Program-made: the position numbers and the translations under genes
The notes under the pieces: model-generated
What the model saw: only the letters and a program-made list of their open reading frames with translations
Databases searched by the model: none
Told to the model about the DNA's origin: nothing
From: Spirochaetota bacterium
Lineage (GTDB): Bacteria > Spirochaetota > UBA6919 > CBDBPB01
Assembly: GCA_965208615.1 (NCBI GenBank)
Contig: CBDBPB010000001.1
Span: 1-64,000, forward strand
Direction of reading: 5' to 3'
DNA: 64,000 nucleotides
Shown: piece after piece, positions 22,001 to 32,293 of the stretch
Numbering within the stretch: the stretch's first letter is position 1
How the letters are laid out: each line of letters begins with the position of its first letter

Positions 22001-24865
22001 AAAATAATATCTATCAATATGATTAACATATCCATCAATATGTACCTTCTGATTTTCTCCTTGTATAAATAAGTCAGTTACTATTGCATCCCCTTTTATA
22101 TATATATTACCGTGTATTAGCGAGTTATATTCATTATATCTAATATCTATTTTAGTATTTATACGATTTTTCTTATCCTCGCCAATAACGGACATAATAC
22201 TAAGATTTCTGTCTTTACCTTTTAAAATAATATTACCGTATAATAAGTTATTTCTTTCATTAAAAGAGGCCAAAAGAATAAATTTTTCTTTATTACATAT
22301 AATTTCAAGTTGACTATCTATACCATTTATGACTTTGCTTATGCTACCTTTTATCCTATATTTATCATCCATATATTTTATAGCTATATTCGGTATAATA
22401 TTAGCCTTTTCTAGTGCTATAGAGCCGTCAAGAGTAATGGGAAGCTCATTACCATATTGAAAGCTAAGATTGGGATAAAAAGTAGTACGGCTATTTATTT
22501 TACGAGCATATAAACTACCCCTTAGATTATAGCTAAGATTAGGCTCCATAACAGATTTTAGAGCTATATCCATAGCCAATCTATTATCTTTATGTCCTAC
22601 ATAGCCTCCTATGTTATAAGACTGCTTATTATGACGTAAGACAAAGTCTTTTAGCATTAAATTATGTCCATCTGGTTTTAGATAGCCTGTAACGGATGTC
22701 CACTGATGTTTAAAGTCGTCGTATACAAAGTTTAGCTTTGTATGATAGCTATTTTTGAGTTTAGAAAAGTATCCGTCGAAATATAGTGCTAATCCCAAAT
22801 AGCTAACTCGAAATTCGGGGTATATATACTTATTAGAAAAGCTTATTTGTCCTTTAAAGCGTATGTCTTTATTATTTATATAGGAATCATTAACAAATAG
22901 CACTCCATTTTTAAACTTTACATCAATTAAAGCAGATTGCTCCCACCTGCTGTAGTTTATGGGAGATGTTTTTCTTATTGTTAGGTCTTCCAAATTAGTG
23001 CATGAAATATCTAATTCTTTGTCGAAGCTGTTGGAGTGCTGATTATCTAATAATACATCATGTTTAGAGAAACTTGTTTTGGGATAATAAATCTTAATCC
23101 TAGCACTACTAATAGACTTTTTAATATTCTTTAGGTTTAGGCATCCGCTGGAGTCTATATTTATTATTGGATTATCAAGGTTTACGTTAAGATTAAATAG
23201 ATCCTTTACCAAGCTATATTCCAGCTCTCTAAAAGCAAGTTTATAGTTTAGGTAGTCAAGTTTTTCTATATTTGTTTTTAACATTACCCTAAGCCAGTAC
23301 TTATCCGCAATATAAAAGTTGGAATATAGTGTTGAGTTATCAAGGATAGTGATGCCTGATATATTGGGGAGTTTAATTTCTCCAATTTTTAACTCATAAA
23401 AAGAAAAGCTATATTTACTTTCACCAGACTTTTTTATTTCGATATTACCGGTTATAGGCATTTTAGTCAGATTTACTTCATCTATTGTGTTATCATAAAG
23501 GCTGATTTGTTGTGATAATCTAATTCTCCACGTATTTTCTGGTACTGTTGGAAATATAATATTAGGTTTAAGGTTTTCTATTTTCAAGCTGAGGGATTTT
23601 ATACTACCTTTGGTTAATAAAGTTCCCTTACCCCTAATATCTCCCCCTATACTGTTATATTTTAGGTTATCAAAGTTAATAATATCGGATGTACCATTTA
23701 TATTTGCGGATAACTTATCATTAGTCGATATTACATTATTAACTTTTGCTTGTATAGAGTAATAAAGTTTACCTCTATATATCCTAAACAATGCTTTACC
23801 ATAAGGCTGATCAACGGTATTCCTTATATTTAAAAGGGTGGATTTTAATATAGTTTTAAAGTTTTTATTATTAGTTTTATTATTAGTTTTAATATTTTTC
23901 AGACGACTAATAAAGTTTTCTTTTAGGAAGTTAAGAAATATCTTTTTAACCGCATGACTCTCTTTATCAACCTTTACGTTAATATAGTAGTCATCCTCAT
24001 TTATTATGTAGTCAAACTTAAGGTTCAGCAGATAATTATACGGATTACTGGACTTATAGCTTATTAGTCTTTTTTTAGGTATACTAAAGGGTGACTTTAT
24101 AGTCGGATCTATTTTAAACTTTATTCTCTCATTAGTAATTAGATAGCTACAGGATATACCTCTAAAATTGTATCCCAGATAATTAATACTAGCAAAGCTT
24201 AATATACCCCTCATATTGGCTTCTTTAATGCTGTCATTACCTGTCATTACAAAGTTACTTTTTGTGTTACCATAAACCTTATTACCTATAAAATATCCTC
24301 TAGCCTTGAATGTATTAATACCTTCTACTTTTTTAAAGTACCCTCCAACGTTCTGAACATTGAACTTACCATTTTTACTATTTTTGAATATTGAATGTAT
24401 ACGTCCATGGGGTAATATTACTGATAGATTTTTAGGTCCGTTATCTTTGCCGTCATCTTTACCTACCATAACTCTTACAGCAGTTAATCTTCCAAAGTCT
24501 TCATCTACATAGAGGTCAAAGTCGTTCACAACTATCTTACTGATATTACGTATAGTTATTCTTTCTCTCAGTATAGCTTTTACCAAGTTAAAGTGTATTT
24601 CTACCGATTTAGAGACGGCTAATTTCTTATCACTTCTAAATTGGTGGAATATAGTAACATTTTCTAAAACGAGTTTTTTAGTAAGATCCCCGCTAACTTT
24701 TTCTATATTAACTTTTGTCTTTAGCTCTTCTTCGAACATCACTATTAGCTTATACCTAAGGCTAGAAACTGTTTTATGTATTTCAAAAATGGCAAAAGTT
24801 AAGCCAATAGATAAGCTTATAAATAGTAGGACATAAAAAAATATTTTTATTAGTTTAGTTTTCAT
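19064..24865 (-). CDS. TamB/AsmA-like beta-groove protein
   Basis: N-terminal anchor, 1933 aa rich in beta strands, G....P...G motifs, C-terminal IGKYITKDIY; directly upstream of bamA. Confidence 0.8.
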   Translation of the reverse strand: MKTKLIKIFFYVLLFISLSIGLTFAIFEIHKTVSSLRYKLIVMFEEELKTKVNIEKVSGDLTKKLVLENVTIFHQFRSDKKLAVSKSVEIHFNLVKAILRERITIRNISKIVVNDFDLYVDEDFGRLTAVRVMVGKDDGKDNGPKNLSVILPHGRIHSIFKNSKNGKFNVQNVGGYFKKVEGINTFKARGYFIGNKVYGNTKSNFVMTGNDSIKEANMRGILSFASINYLGYNFRGISCSYLITNERIKFKIDPTIKSPFSIPKKRLISYKSSNPYNYLLNLKFDYIINEDDYYINVKVDKESHAVKKIFLNFLKENFISRLKNIKTNNKTNNKNFKTILKSTLLNIRNTVDQPYGKALFRIYRGKLYYSIQAKVNNVISTNDKLSANINGTSDIINFDNLKYNSIGGDIRGKGTLLTKGSIKSLSLKIENLKPNIIFPTVPENTWRIRLSQQISLYDNTIDEVNLTKMPITGNIEIKKSGESKYSFSFYELKIGEIKLPNISGITILDNSTLYSNFYIADKYWLRVMLKTNIEKLDYLNYKLAFRELEYSLVKDLFNLNVNLDNPIINIDSSGCLNLKNIKKSISSARIKIYYPKTSFSKHDVLLDNQHSNSFDKELDISCTNLEDLTIRKTSPINYSRWEQSALIDVKFKNGVLFVNDSYINNKDIRFKGQISFSNKYIYPEFRVSYLGLALYFDGYFSKLKNSYHTKLNFVYDDFKHQWTSVTGYLKPDGHNLMLKDFVLRHNKQSYNIGGYVGHKDNRLAMDIALKSVMEPNLSYNLRGSLYARKINSRTTFYPNLSFQYGNELPITLDGSIALEKANIIPNIAIKYMDDKYRIKGSISKVINGIDSQLEIICNKEKFILLASFNERNNLLYGNIILKGKDRNLSIMSVIGEDKKNRINTKIDIRYNEYNSLIHGNIYIKGDAIVTDLFIQGENQKVHIDGYVNHIDRYYFPVFKISYYPDSQATKGIPYYLTGRIEEFNSHYDINGIINNQLIIKGKYTKYSFLSLNLFFDDFIFLTSNLTPITISNKHSHNGIKVDISPKGLTSFGDITIKDIYGLAIKGIGVETNFSYNIPFGQEKQTVEMILYSFKLTKNDSKIFDSTGNFHYRDNIWKVNLEGVKKKSSLKIAYNSNTEVINSIIRFNKFDLRNLDKDIQGSLNGEISIKGDINNPELLSPRITVEKGSYSGVPFLADLSIKKTDRLINIANGYFKIGDSALQVKNIKYSLKDKPATIEEYFNKLHANSSLSIDSIVFYWKKIKFKLDDVKYSVGDRSLSIKKDSYFLPLLLFSNSDNMLTFREGNISFNKSIINIDKFSFSGGKNWNIDMDVKLKLFFLENKYLADLAIFGGRNEKYGEVNLISNYSELNGIKHPSIELLAKAEGSKWRIWSNTFNIKGGFQWLSNLISYNFNYIGKDINFNSKGRFDFDNNNMDTLFQIQAGDISLYSLPLLFKKAGGTIISDIHIVGNWANPKIKGYFKIKNGLLHLHNQDNPVENINIDVKFNKDKTYAKTYNNEKVYFNNQIKASAEYNEGNVNAIGYFDISKWRITAFDFNIKTPKKMNLDIEADIAQYKGFINAKLHLYGNQKEAILDGKVYLSDGEIGYIGSRRIKSIKKTFLTTINLDVLELIIEDDVKANIGSKNLSIGEIILKEGSRLKIRKKLEDLKDDKLELDGIIESKKGEFYYLGHSFRVISSKLILSKGQKTQIELKAETKVRDENNRLVSIFLKLKGNVDDLNDDELLSQSLYASPSKSPREIALLLGGEAGERERRSSDFYPSSRGSVSKPADVALNLALIRPIERKLKEIFGIDTFNIKQKFIKNTFLRDPSIDEYGLPTKVSRINPISDTEITIGKYITKDIYASTGLLLLQDIEESADTKKIWKFGLELDLLPLLTIESETVKLQLSSEYRFRQDYQDDKHEGIFKLQINIEF

Positions 24866-25296
24866 TGTTTGTTAATGTTTTTTTTTTGCATTCTTTGCGT
24901 ACGAAGATTAATTGTCTTAATCCCAACAGATTTTGAAATATCTATCATCTTTATGATAAAGTGATAAGGTACATCTTTTCCCCCAGATATTATTAGCTCA
25001 GGCAAGCTGTCATACTTGGACAAGAGGTTTTTCAATTTCATTTGGATATTATTAAGATTGACCTTTTGATTTTGCAGATAGAGTTGTCCATTTTTTTTTA
25101 TTGTTATTATAATGGGTAATTTCTTATCCATTTTTATTTGTTCTGCCTCATTAGACTGCGGAAGGGATAGTTTATGGCTATGCATTTTAATTTCTTTATA
25201 AGACAAAATAAAAAACAGTAATAGAGTGAATACTACATCGACCAGGGGTGTAAGATCAATATTAGTTTTTGGTTTTAGTTTTGATTGTATTTTCAT
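24862..25296 (-). CDS. exbD: ExbD/TolR-family motor subunit
   Basis: IDLTPLVDVVFTLLLFFIL, LP, I.G.KDVPY. Confidence 0.9.
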   Translation of the reverse strand: MKIQSKLKPKTNIDLTPLVDVVFTLLLFFILSYKEIKMHSHKLSLPQSNEAEQIKMDKKLPIIITIKKNGQLYLQNQKVNLNNIQMKLKNLLSKYDSLPELIISGGKDVPYHFIIKMIDISKSVGIKTINLRTQRMQKKNINKQ

Positions 25297-25532
25297 TATA
25301 ATTACGTATTATTTTATAATATTTTATTATACCACTAGTTTTCAACATTTAAAGTTATAATTTTTTATAAAGTAATTTAGTTGTACAAAACTATAAAATA
25401 TAAATTATATTTTATATATGTGATAAATTAGTTTAATTTTTTTAACTAGTTAATACTATATTTACTTTTATAGTTTTATATTCTTAACTTTTTAGTAAGC
25501 ATTTTAATACTGCCACAAAATGTTTTTACAAT

Positions 25533-25575
25533 AATATAATTAAATTGACAACAGCAATATAATTAAATTGACAAC
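25533..25575 (+). repeat. 20-bp direct repeat containing TATAAT and TTGACA
   Basis: AATATAATTAAATTGACAAC at 25533 and 25556, in the exbD/mqnP divergent region. Confidence 0.7.
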
Positions 25576-25606
25576 GGGTTAGTATTTTTGTTAATAGGGG
25601 ATTATT

Positions 25607-26464
25607 TTGAAAAGAATAAGTGATTTTTTAAGGATGATTAAGTTTTCACATACAATTTTTGCATTTCCTTTTGCTATTTCATCCTTTATATTAAACAGAC
25701 CAGCACTCATACAATGGGATAAGGTTATATTTATAATACTTGCTTTAGTTTTCGCTCGCAGTGGAGCAATGGCATTCAACAGATTGGCTGACTATAAATA
25801 TGATAAAGACAATGATAGAACAAAAAAGCGTGAATTAGTAACGGGTAAGGTTAGTAAAAACGGTGTAATTATTTTTATGATAATAGCTTCCTTAGGATTC
25901 ATATTTTCGGCATATATGATAAATAGAGTTAGTTTTATTTTATCCCCTATTGCTCTTGTTCTACTTTGTTTTTATTCTTATTGGAAGAGGTTTTCTATAT
26001 TTAGTCACTTATATTTGGGTATGGTAATAGGTTTAGCACCCATTGCAGTAGATATTGCATTAAATGAGTCTATTTCTGTTAATAGTCTACTATTATTTTC
26101 ATCCATTACCTTTTGGATATTTGGTTTTGACATCATATATTCCTTATTGGATATTGATTTTGATAAAAAAGCTGGTCTTTATTCTATACCGTCTAAACTT
26201 GGAAAGTCTATTAGTCTTACTATCTCAAAGACAGCCTATATCTTAATGATCGTCATACTGTTAACTTTGGGTATAGTAAACAATTTTAGTATAATTTATT
26301 ATTTAGGAGTTATAGGTGTTGGAGTTCTATTGTTGATTCAGCATTTATTAGTCAAGCCTGATGACTTCTCCAGGATTAATGTGGCATTCCTTAATTTGAA
26401 CAGTTTAATTTCCATTATTTACTTATTGATTATTGTATTAGAGGTCTTTTTAAGGGATTTATAA
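25607..26464 (+). CDS. mqnP: UbiA-family prenyltransferase (MqnP, futalosine pathway type)
   Basis: IKFSHTIFAFPF, ARSGAMAFNRLAD, FDIIYSLLD.DFD..GL.SIP. Confidence 0.85.
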   Translation: MKRISDFLRMIKFSHTIFAFPFAISSFILNRPALIQWDKVIFIILALVFARSGAMAFNRLADYKYDKDNDRTKKRELVTGKVSKNGVIIFMIIASLGFIFSAYMINRVSFILSPIALVLLCFYSYWKRFSIFSHLYLGMVIGLAPIAVDIALNESISVNSLLLFSSITFWIFGFDIIYSLLDIDFDKKAGLYSIPSKLGKSISLTISKTAYILMIVILLTLGIVNNFSIIYYLGVIGVGVLLLIQHLLVKPDDFSRINVAFLNLNSLISIIYLLIIVLEVFLRDL

Positions 26465-27409
26465 CATCATAGTATATAGCTTATATATTACTTTTAAGTC
26501 GGCTGTTAATATAGAGTTAACACTTTTATGATTAAGTCTTAATTTCAATTTTATATTGTTAATCACATTTGATAGTTTTACTAGTCCCGTTTTATTATTT
26601 AATATTATATTTCCCTTTCCATTTTCTAGTTTGATATTTATATCATTTTTGCCATCTATTGTAGTTAGTTTTAGCGTTATTACACCCTTAGTTTTGAAGT
26701 TTATATAGGTTTTATTATCCTGTATTTTTTTAAAGGTATTCACTATTATTAGTTTTATCACTATATATCCCTTTATCCAGGGCATCTTATTTTTTCTAAT
26801 AAGCCAGCTAAGGGGTATATACTCATTAACTTTGTTATTCCAGCTTTCACCAATAGTAATATGTTTATCAGGCAGGTGTTGATATTTATTTAGGATACTT
26901 ATTATTCTTTCTAATAATTTTCTGGAGCTAATCTTATTATTTTGGTATATTTTTACTATTTTTCCTTTTTTATCACGCCTAACCTTAATAGAGTTGGTTT
27001 TAAATATCGGAATATTATATGAAGTTACTCTTTCGGATAATGGACGTCTATTTACTCTTATTTTATTAACTATATAATTTTGCGTATCAGTCTTTATATC
27101 AGCACTATTATCGTCATATAGGCCTAGGATAGTTGTAATAAAATTACCCTTAATATTTAGTTCTGCATTAGCCATGTTCTTATTGCTTATATAATTAAGT
27201 ATAGTATTTTTAATATTTTGTTTAGACCCTATAGATTCTATATTATTGAGCTTAATCTTAGTTTCACTTATATAGTTTAATTTTGCTCCTTTTTTGAAGT
27301 TTAGTAATAGATTATGCCTTTCATTATCTATTCTATCCCCTTGACAACTAATTATTTGCATGCTTAGTAATATAGCAAGTATTATGATTTTTTTAATGTA
27401 TATTTTCAT
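26459..27409 (-). CDS. Hypothetical lipoprotein
   Basis: Lipobox IIS-C; LPDK.I.IGESW motif. Confidence 0.75.
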   Translation of the reverse strand: MKIYIKKIIILAILLSMQIISCQGDRIDNERHNLLLNFKKGAKLNYISETKIKLNNIESIGSKQNIKNTILNYISNKNMANAELNIKGNFITTILGLYDDNSADIKTDTQNYIVNKIRVNRRPLSERVTSYNIPIFKTNSIKVRRDKKGKIVKIYQNNKISSRKLLERIISILNKYQHLPDKHITIGESWNNKVNEYIPLSWLIRKNKMPWIKGYIVIKLIIVNTFKKIQDNKTYINFKTKGVITLKLTTIDGKNDINIKLENGKGNIILNNKTGLVKLSNVINNIKLKLRLNHKSVNSILTADLKVIYKLYTMML

Positions 27410-27422
27410 TATTATAAATTAA

Positions 27423-28139
27423 TTATCCATTAGAAAGCCTATCTAGCAGGTATCTCCCCAAAAGATTAAGAAAGTAGTCAGTCGGTCTAATAAACCTGGC
27501 TCCAGCAACAATATTTTTGACCATAACAATTTTTAATCCAGTCATACCTATTTTACCGTTAAGGCGTACTTGTGCACTCTCAACAAAGAGTCCGGAAGAA
27601 AGCCATTTTACTTCGCCAGTATTCTTTAACTGTAATGCAACCCCTCCAATGCTTATATTTATAACTACACCGCTTAATATCGTACTAGAGTTTGGTATGG
27701 ATAGATTTATAGTAATTTCATCAGTTTTTCGGGGTATAACTCTTTGATGTTCTCTATTTTCGTTTTGCTTTATGTTAAATCTTTTTATAATTTCAGATAG
27801 GCGAATAAAAACATCCTCGTTGCTGATTGATGCTGGTATTAATCCTGTAACGTTTAATAATAATAAAGTTTGCAAGAAATTTCTATCCGACTTATCCGAT
27901 AGTATTATTAATTTAAAATATTCTTTAGGTTTATATTGTCTTAGCTTTGCGAGAAATGGCAGCCATATACTGTTAAGATGGCTAATTTCTACGAATAGTA
28001 TTCCAGGACCTTTTTCGTCTAGTATTTTTTGCACAGTTTTTGGGGAATCTCCAGTATATATTGTTAATCCCAAAGATAAATATTTTAATGTAAAGAAATC
28101 CTTTATTTTATTTGGCATATCTATCATAACAACATACAT
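27423..28139 (-). CDS. Receiver-like + PilZ domain protein
   Basis: REHQR (RxxxR) and NISIGG (D/NxSxxG) c-di-GMP motifs; degenerate REC N-terminus. Confidence 0.85.
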   Translation of the reverse strand: MYVVMIDMPNKIKDFFTLKYLSLGLTIYTGDSPKTVQKILDEKGPGILFVEISHLNSIWLPFLAKLRQYKPKEYFKLIILSDKSDRNFLQTLLLLNVTGLIPASISNEDVFIRLSEIIKRFNIKQNENREHQRVIPRKTDEITINLSIPNSSTILSGVVINISIGGVALQLKNTGEVKWLSSGLFVESAQVRLNGKIGMTGLKIVMVKNIVAGARFIRPTDYFLNLLGRYLLDRLSNG

Positions 28140-28145
28140 AGAATT

Positions 28146-28775
28146 TTATTTCCTAATTATTATTTCTTTAATATCTAGGGATTTTAATTTGTCAATATGC
28201 TTTTCTGTTAATGCTATGCCCTTGGGTATTATTGGAGAGTGATTATTATCGTTTATCTGATCACCTGTTTCCATGCCAACCTTAACCTCATCTATGGATA
28301 TTGTTTCTACTGTAAAGCCATCTATTACTTTAATACCCTGTTTTCTTTGTTCAGCTCGTTTTTCTATTTCATCAATCTTATCCTGTTTTTCTTTAATTTG
28401 ATCTTCTGGTTTTCTTTCAGGTAATAAAGCTTCTATTTTTTTTATAATAATCCCCGGTTGAACAGGCTTTAAAAGATAGCCGGCAATTAAACTTTCATCA
28501 ATTTTAATATCTTCTATGGGTATTGTTGACATTACTAAAATAGGTACCTTTTCAAGTCGTTCTTCTGCTTTCATAGCAACAATTAGTTTTTCGCCATCTA
28601 TATCCGAAAGTTTAACATCACATAATATAAGGTCAAAGGACATAACCTTAGCCATTCTAAGTCCTTCTTTTCCGTTTTCAGCACCCTGTACATCATATCC
28701 TTGTCTTTTAAGGTGCATAATCAATAGGATTAGGTTAATATGGGTAGCTTCTATAACTAATACTTTATAGCTCAA
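28146..28775 (-). CDS. Response regulator (REC + small C-terminal domain)
   Basis: AENGKEG, DLILCD, DG, LKP. Confidence 0.88.
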   Translation of the reverse strand: MSYKVLVIEATHINLILLIMHLKRQGYDVQGAENGKEGLRMAKVMSFDLILCDVKLSDIDGEKLIVAMKAEERLEKVPILVMSTIPIEDIKIDESLIAGYLLKPVQPGIIIKKIEALLPERKPEDQIKEKQDKIDEIEKRAEQRKQGIKVIDGFTVETISIDEVKVGMETGDQINDNNHSPIIPKGIALTEKHIDKLKSLDIKEIIIRK

Positions 28776-28932
28776 TGTTTTACCTATATATTTATAGTCA
28801 AGCGGTGTTAAAATTAATCTTTTGTAATTTTAGTTACACTGATTTATAATAATCTAATTCCTGTTTATAATAACACTACTCATGTTATATTAGTTTTATA
28901 AATTAGGGTAAATAAATTATATAAAAGGATAG

Positions 28933-31104
28933 TTAATCGGAGTATTCATCGGGCTGACTTTTTTCTTCTGGTACTCTTAGTTTATCAAAAAAGTCATAAT
29001 AATTGATTCCCTGTAATATACCTTCGGCATAATGTCCATCAGTAAAGTGAACTCTAGTAGCACCTTTAAGCCTTTCTAGCTCAGAGCTGTAATTACCCAC
29101 AACAACAGCTAGAGTATTTCCTTTTAACATCTCACCATCATTACCAGAATCCCCTGCCACCAATATTCTATCAAAAGGTATACCCCACTTCAAAGCAAAA
29201 TGTCTAACAGCCTGTCCTTTGGATGAGCGTATAGGTAAGAAGTCTATAAACTCGCCGTGAGAGAATATTACATTAGTTTTAATATCATTACGCCTTAAAT
29301 ATTTAATAATATCCTTAACTGACGGAGATATTTCAGGATCAATATAATAACTAATTTTATGTTTACGCTGTTCGGTTTTTGCCTGCAAAACTAAACCAGG
29401 TAAACTACTAATTATTTTATGTATTTCTAATGGCTTCCAATTATAGCTAATATGCTTACTCCAGTTTGTATCCTCAACAATTACCGGACCATAATGTATC
29501 TCACTACCAACAGAACTAATTATCAAATCAGGAATTGGAACTTTCCACTCTTTTAAAATACTAATGGCACTCTCTAAACGACGACCAGTAGCTACACCAA
29601 ATCCAACTTTATCCTCCACCTTAGAAAGGGTATCCATCAGCGTGGCAAGGGATTTTCTATCCCCAAGCAAAGTACCGTCAATATCGCATATTAAAATACG
29701 ATCAACAGTAGCCAAGCGATTTGATGAAAGTTTAAATTCCTTTTTCTTTTTCAGTTTACGAAGCAATTTTTTAGACTCCTTTAAATACTTATTGACATGG
29801 GCATCCCAGGAGTAATAACGATGAGCACCAGTTATACCATTTTTACGCCATTGCTTCCATCGCTCTTTATCTGAAAGGGCGTCTAATAGGGCGAGAGCCA
29901 TTTTATTATGATCAAGGGGATCAATTACTATTCCATTTTTACAATTAAGAATAATATCTTTTGGTCCTCCATCCTCAGTAGCCACAATAGGTAGTCCAGT
30001 AGCGGCCGCCTCAATTAATGTTAATCCAAAAGGCTCAGTTAGAGCAGGATTAATAAATACACCTCCACTTTTTGCCACTATACGATATATTTCTGGCACC
30101 TCATCTGCCTTATGATGTTTAGGTATCGCAACTTTTCCGTATAAATCGTATTTATCTATTAATATTAGAAGTTCGGTTAGTACACCTCTACTCGCTTTAT
30201 CCATAGTGGATATGTCATCTCTGTTACCAGCTATAATCAATAGATTTGCCTTATCACGAAGCTCTGAATTACTACCATAGGCACGAATTAATGTTGGTAT
30301 ATTTTTTCTAGGATCTGGCCTTGATAGTGCAAGAATTATAGGTTTATTTGGCTCTTTATAAAATTTGTTTATGGTATTCGCAATATTAGGTTTCACCCAA
30401 TTCTTTTTAGGTGGATAAAAACTATCTAAAAGCACTCCAGGAGGAATAATTAGCATTCTTTTGGGATAATAATTATCATATATACTATACTGCTCAGCTA
30501 CCTCTTGATTTGTACTTGCTACAACAAATGATGCTGTATATAATGACTGTTCTTCTGCCTCAATACGACGGGATATATGATATTGTTTTTCAACAATCTC
30601 TGGTTTTACTCCCTGATCTATAAGTCTTTGTTGTTTCACTCTACCAAGGGAGTGTCCAGTAAAGACAAGATGCACTCCGAGTATTTTAGCTAATAAGCTA
30701 CCCGCATAACCGGCATCCGCATAGTGACCGTGGATTATATCTGGTATACGTCCAATTCTGCGAATATGTTGAAGGGTATTATCCGCAAGACTTTCTATAT
30801 ACGGCCATAGAACTTCTTTTCTTAAATATCGTTTTGGTCCCCATGGTATTCTAATGATATATCCATTGGGAGCAATTTGTTCTTCATATTTGCTATAATC
30901 CTCACTGACCTTAGAATCATAGATCATACGTGTAATCAAATCAACACGAAATACATCAGGATGTTTACCAAGGGTTTTAACCAAGTCTACAACATATTTT
31001 GTTTGTCCGCCTGTATCGGGGTCTCGTCCAAGTTCAAGATTATTACCCCTTATTAAGCCGTGAGCACTTATCATTAATATGTATAAGCCATTGTTATCAG
31101 CCAT
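28933..31104 (-). CDS. sps: Sucrose-phosphate synthase with C-terminal HAD (SPP-like) domain
   Basis: HGLIRG.NLELGRDPDTGGQTKYV, HYADAG, EPFGLTLIEAAA, DIDGTL, AGDSGND. Confidence 0.95.
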   Translation of the reverse strand: MADNNGLYILMISAHGLIRGNNLELGRDPDTGGQTKYVVDLVKTLGKHPDVFRVDLITRMIYDSKVSEDYSKYEEQIAPNGYIIRIPWGPKRYLRKEVLWPYIESLADNTLQHIRRIGRIPDIIHGHYADAGYAGSLLAKILGVHLVFTGHSLGRVKQQRLIDQGVKPEIVEKQYHISRRIEAEEQSLYTASFVVASTNQEVAEQYSIYDNYYPKRMLIIPPGVLLDSFYPPKKNWVKPNIANTINKFYKEPNKPIILALSRPDPRKNIPTLIRAYGSNSELRDKANLLIIAGNRDDISTMDKASRGVLTELLILIDKYDLYGKVAIPKHHKADEVPEIYRIVAKSGGVFINPALTEPFGLTLIEAAATGLPIVATEDGGPKDIILNCKNGIVIDPLDHNKMALALLDALSDKERWKQWRKNGITGAHRYYSWDAHVNKYLKESKKLLRKLKKKKEFKLSSNRLATVDRILICDIDGTLLGDRKSLATLMDTLSKVEDKVGFGVATGRRLESAISILKEWKVPIPDLIISSVGSEIHYGPVIVEDTNWSKHISYNWKPLEIHKIISSLPGLVLQAKTEQRKHKISYYIDPEISPSVKDIIKYLRRNDIKTNVIFSHGEFIDFLPIRSSKGQAVRHFALKWGIPFDRILVAGDSGNDGEMLKGNTLAVVVGNYSSELERLKGATRVHFTDGHYAEGILQGINYYDFFDKLRVPEEKSQPDEYSD

Positions 31105-31117
31105 TAGACTAACATCC

Positions 31118-32020
31118 TTATTCTATAATAGATTTATAGATATTCATATCATTATTAGTGGCACCCCTTATTCTGCATATACTAGATGCAAATTCACTAG
31201 CACGTTTTAGTATTGATGGTAATGTCCAATTTTTTATTAGCCCAAGTATTACAACGCTAGAAAAGGCATCCCCTGCACCTACAGTATCGACTATATTATT
31301 AACTTTATTAATATCGCTTTCAATGATGTCATTTCCTACGATAAAGGATCCTTTTTCGCCTAGAGTAACAATTAGGCTTTTAAGGTTATATTTATAGTAT
31401 AAATACTTAGCTTTTTCTTTTATGTTATTGCTAGGGAGTCCTTCAGTTATTATGGAGAGTTCTTCATCGCTTATTTTGAGCCACTTACTATTCATAATTA
31501 GCTCTTCCACACAAAAGCGACTCCACCATGGTGATCTTAAATTAATATCCACAAAGCATGGGAGTGATGTATATGATATTAAATCTTTTAAGGCTTTATG
31601 AGAAGCTTTTTCTCGTATAATAAGGCTTCCGTGGTAGATTAGATAAAAGTTATCATTATTCAAGTAGTTTTTTATTATTTCAAAGTCGATATAGTCATAA
31701 GCACTATTGGATATGATATTAAAAAGTGGTTTACCTTTACTATCAAGGTTAACCTCAACGACACCAGTGGGATAGTGTTTATCAAACTGCATTCCACTTA
31801 TATCCATTTTCCATTGTGTCATACTTTTGATTACTTTATCCCCTAGTTTATCTTTTCCTACTCTGCTAATAAAAAGGGGATCGAGTCCAAAACCTTTTAG
31901 GTGCCATGCAACATTAAAAGGTGCACCACCTATTACCGATGATCCATCGGGAAAACTATCAAAGAGTACTTCTCCATAAATGATTGGTCGTTTATTTATT
32001 TTCATATTATTTATACTCAT
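31118..32020 (-). CDS. PfkB fructokinase
   Basis: GEVLFD, GGAPFNVA, DINLR, DTVGAGDAF; next to sps. Confidence 0.9.
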   Translation of the reverse strand: MSINNMKINKRPIIYGEVLFDSFPDGSSVIGGAPFNVAWHLKGFGLDPLFISRVGKDKLGDKVIKSMTQWKMDISGMQFDKHYPTGVVEVNLDSKGKPLFNIISNSAYDYIDFEIIKNYLNNDNFYLIYHGSLIIREKASHKALKDLISYTSLPCFVDINLRSPWWSRFCVEELIMNSKWLKISDEELSIITEGLPSNNIKEKAKYLYYKYNLKSLIVTLGEKGSFIVGNDIIESDINKVNNIVDTVGAGDAFSSVVILGLIKNWTLPSILKRASEFASSICRIRGATNNDMNIYKSIIE

Positions 32021-32293
32021 AATTATTATCCATATACATTTAAACTTATTTAAAGAAAGCTAAATAATCAAACATAAAAATATTATTTTTAATATTATAC
32101 CATCCCATAAACCCTATAAAAGTTATACAATAAATCTAATATTAGTATATTTATATACACTATTGTGGATAGTTGATAAGCAAACACTTTCAGTCTATTT
32201 AAAACTAAAAAGTATTAGCAACTATAAGGCTATAAGCTTGTCTTAGGTTCTTACAATTTATTAAAACGGCTTATTAATAGTTAGAGAAATATA

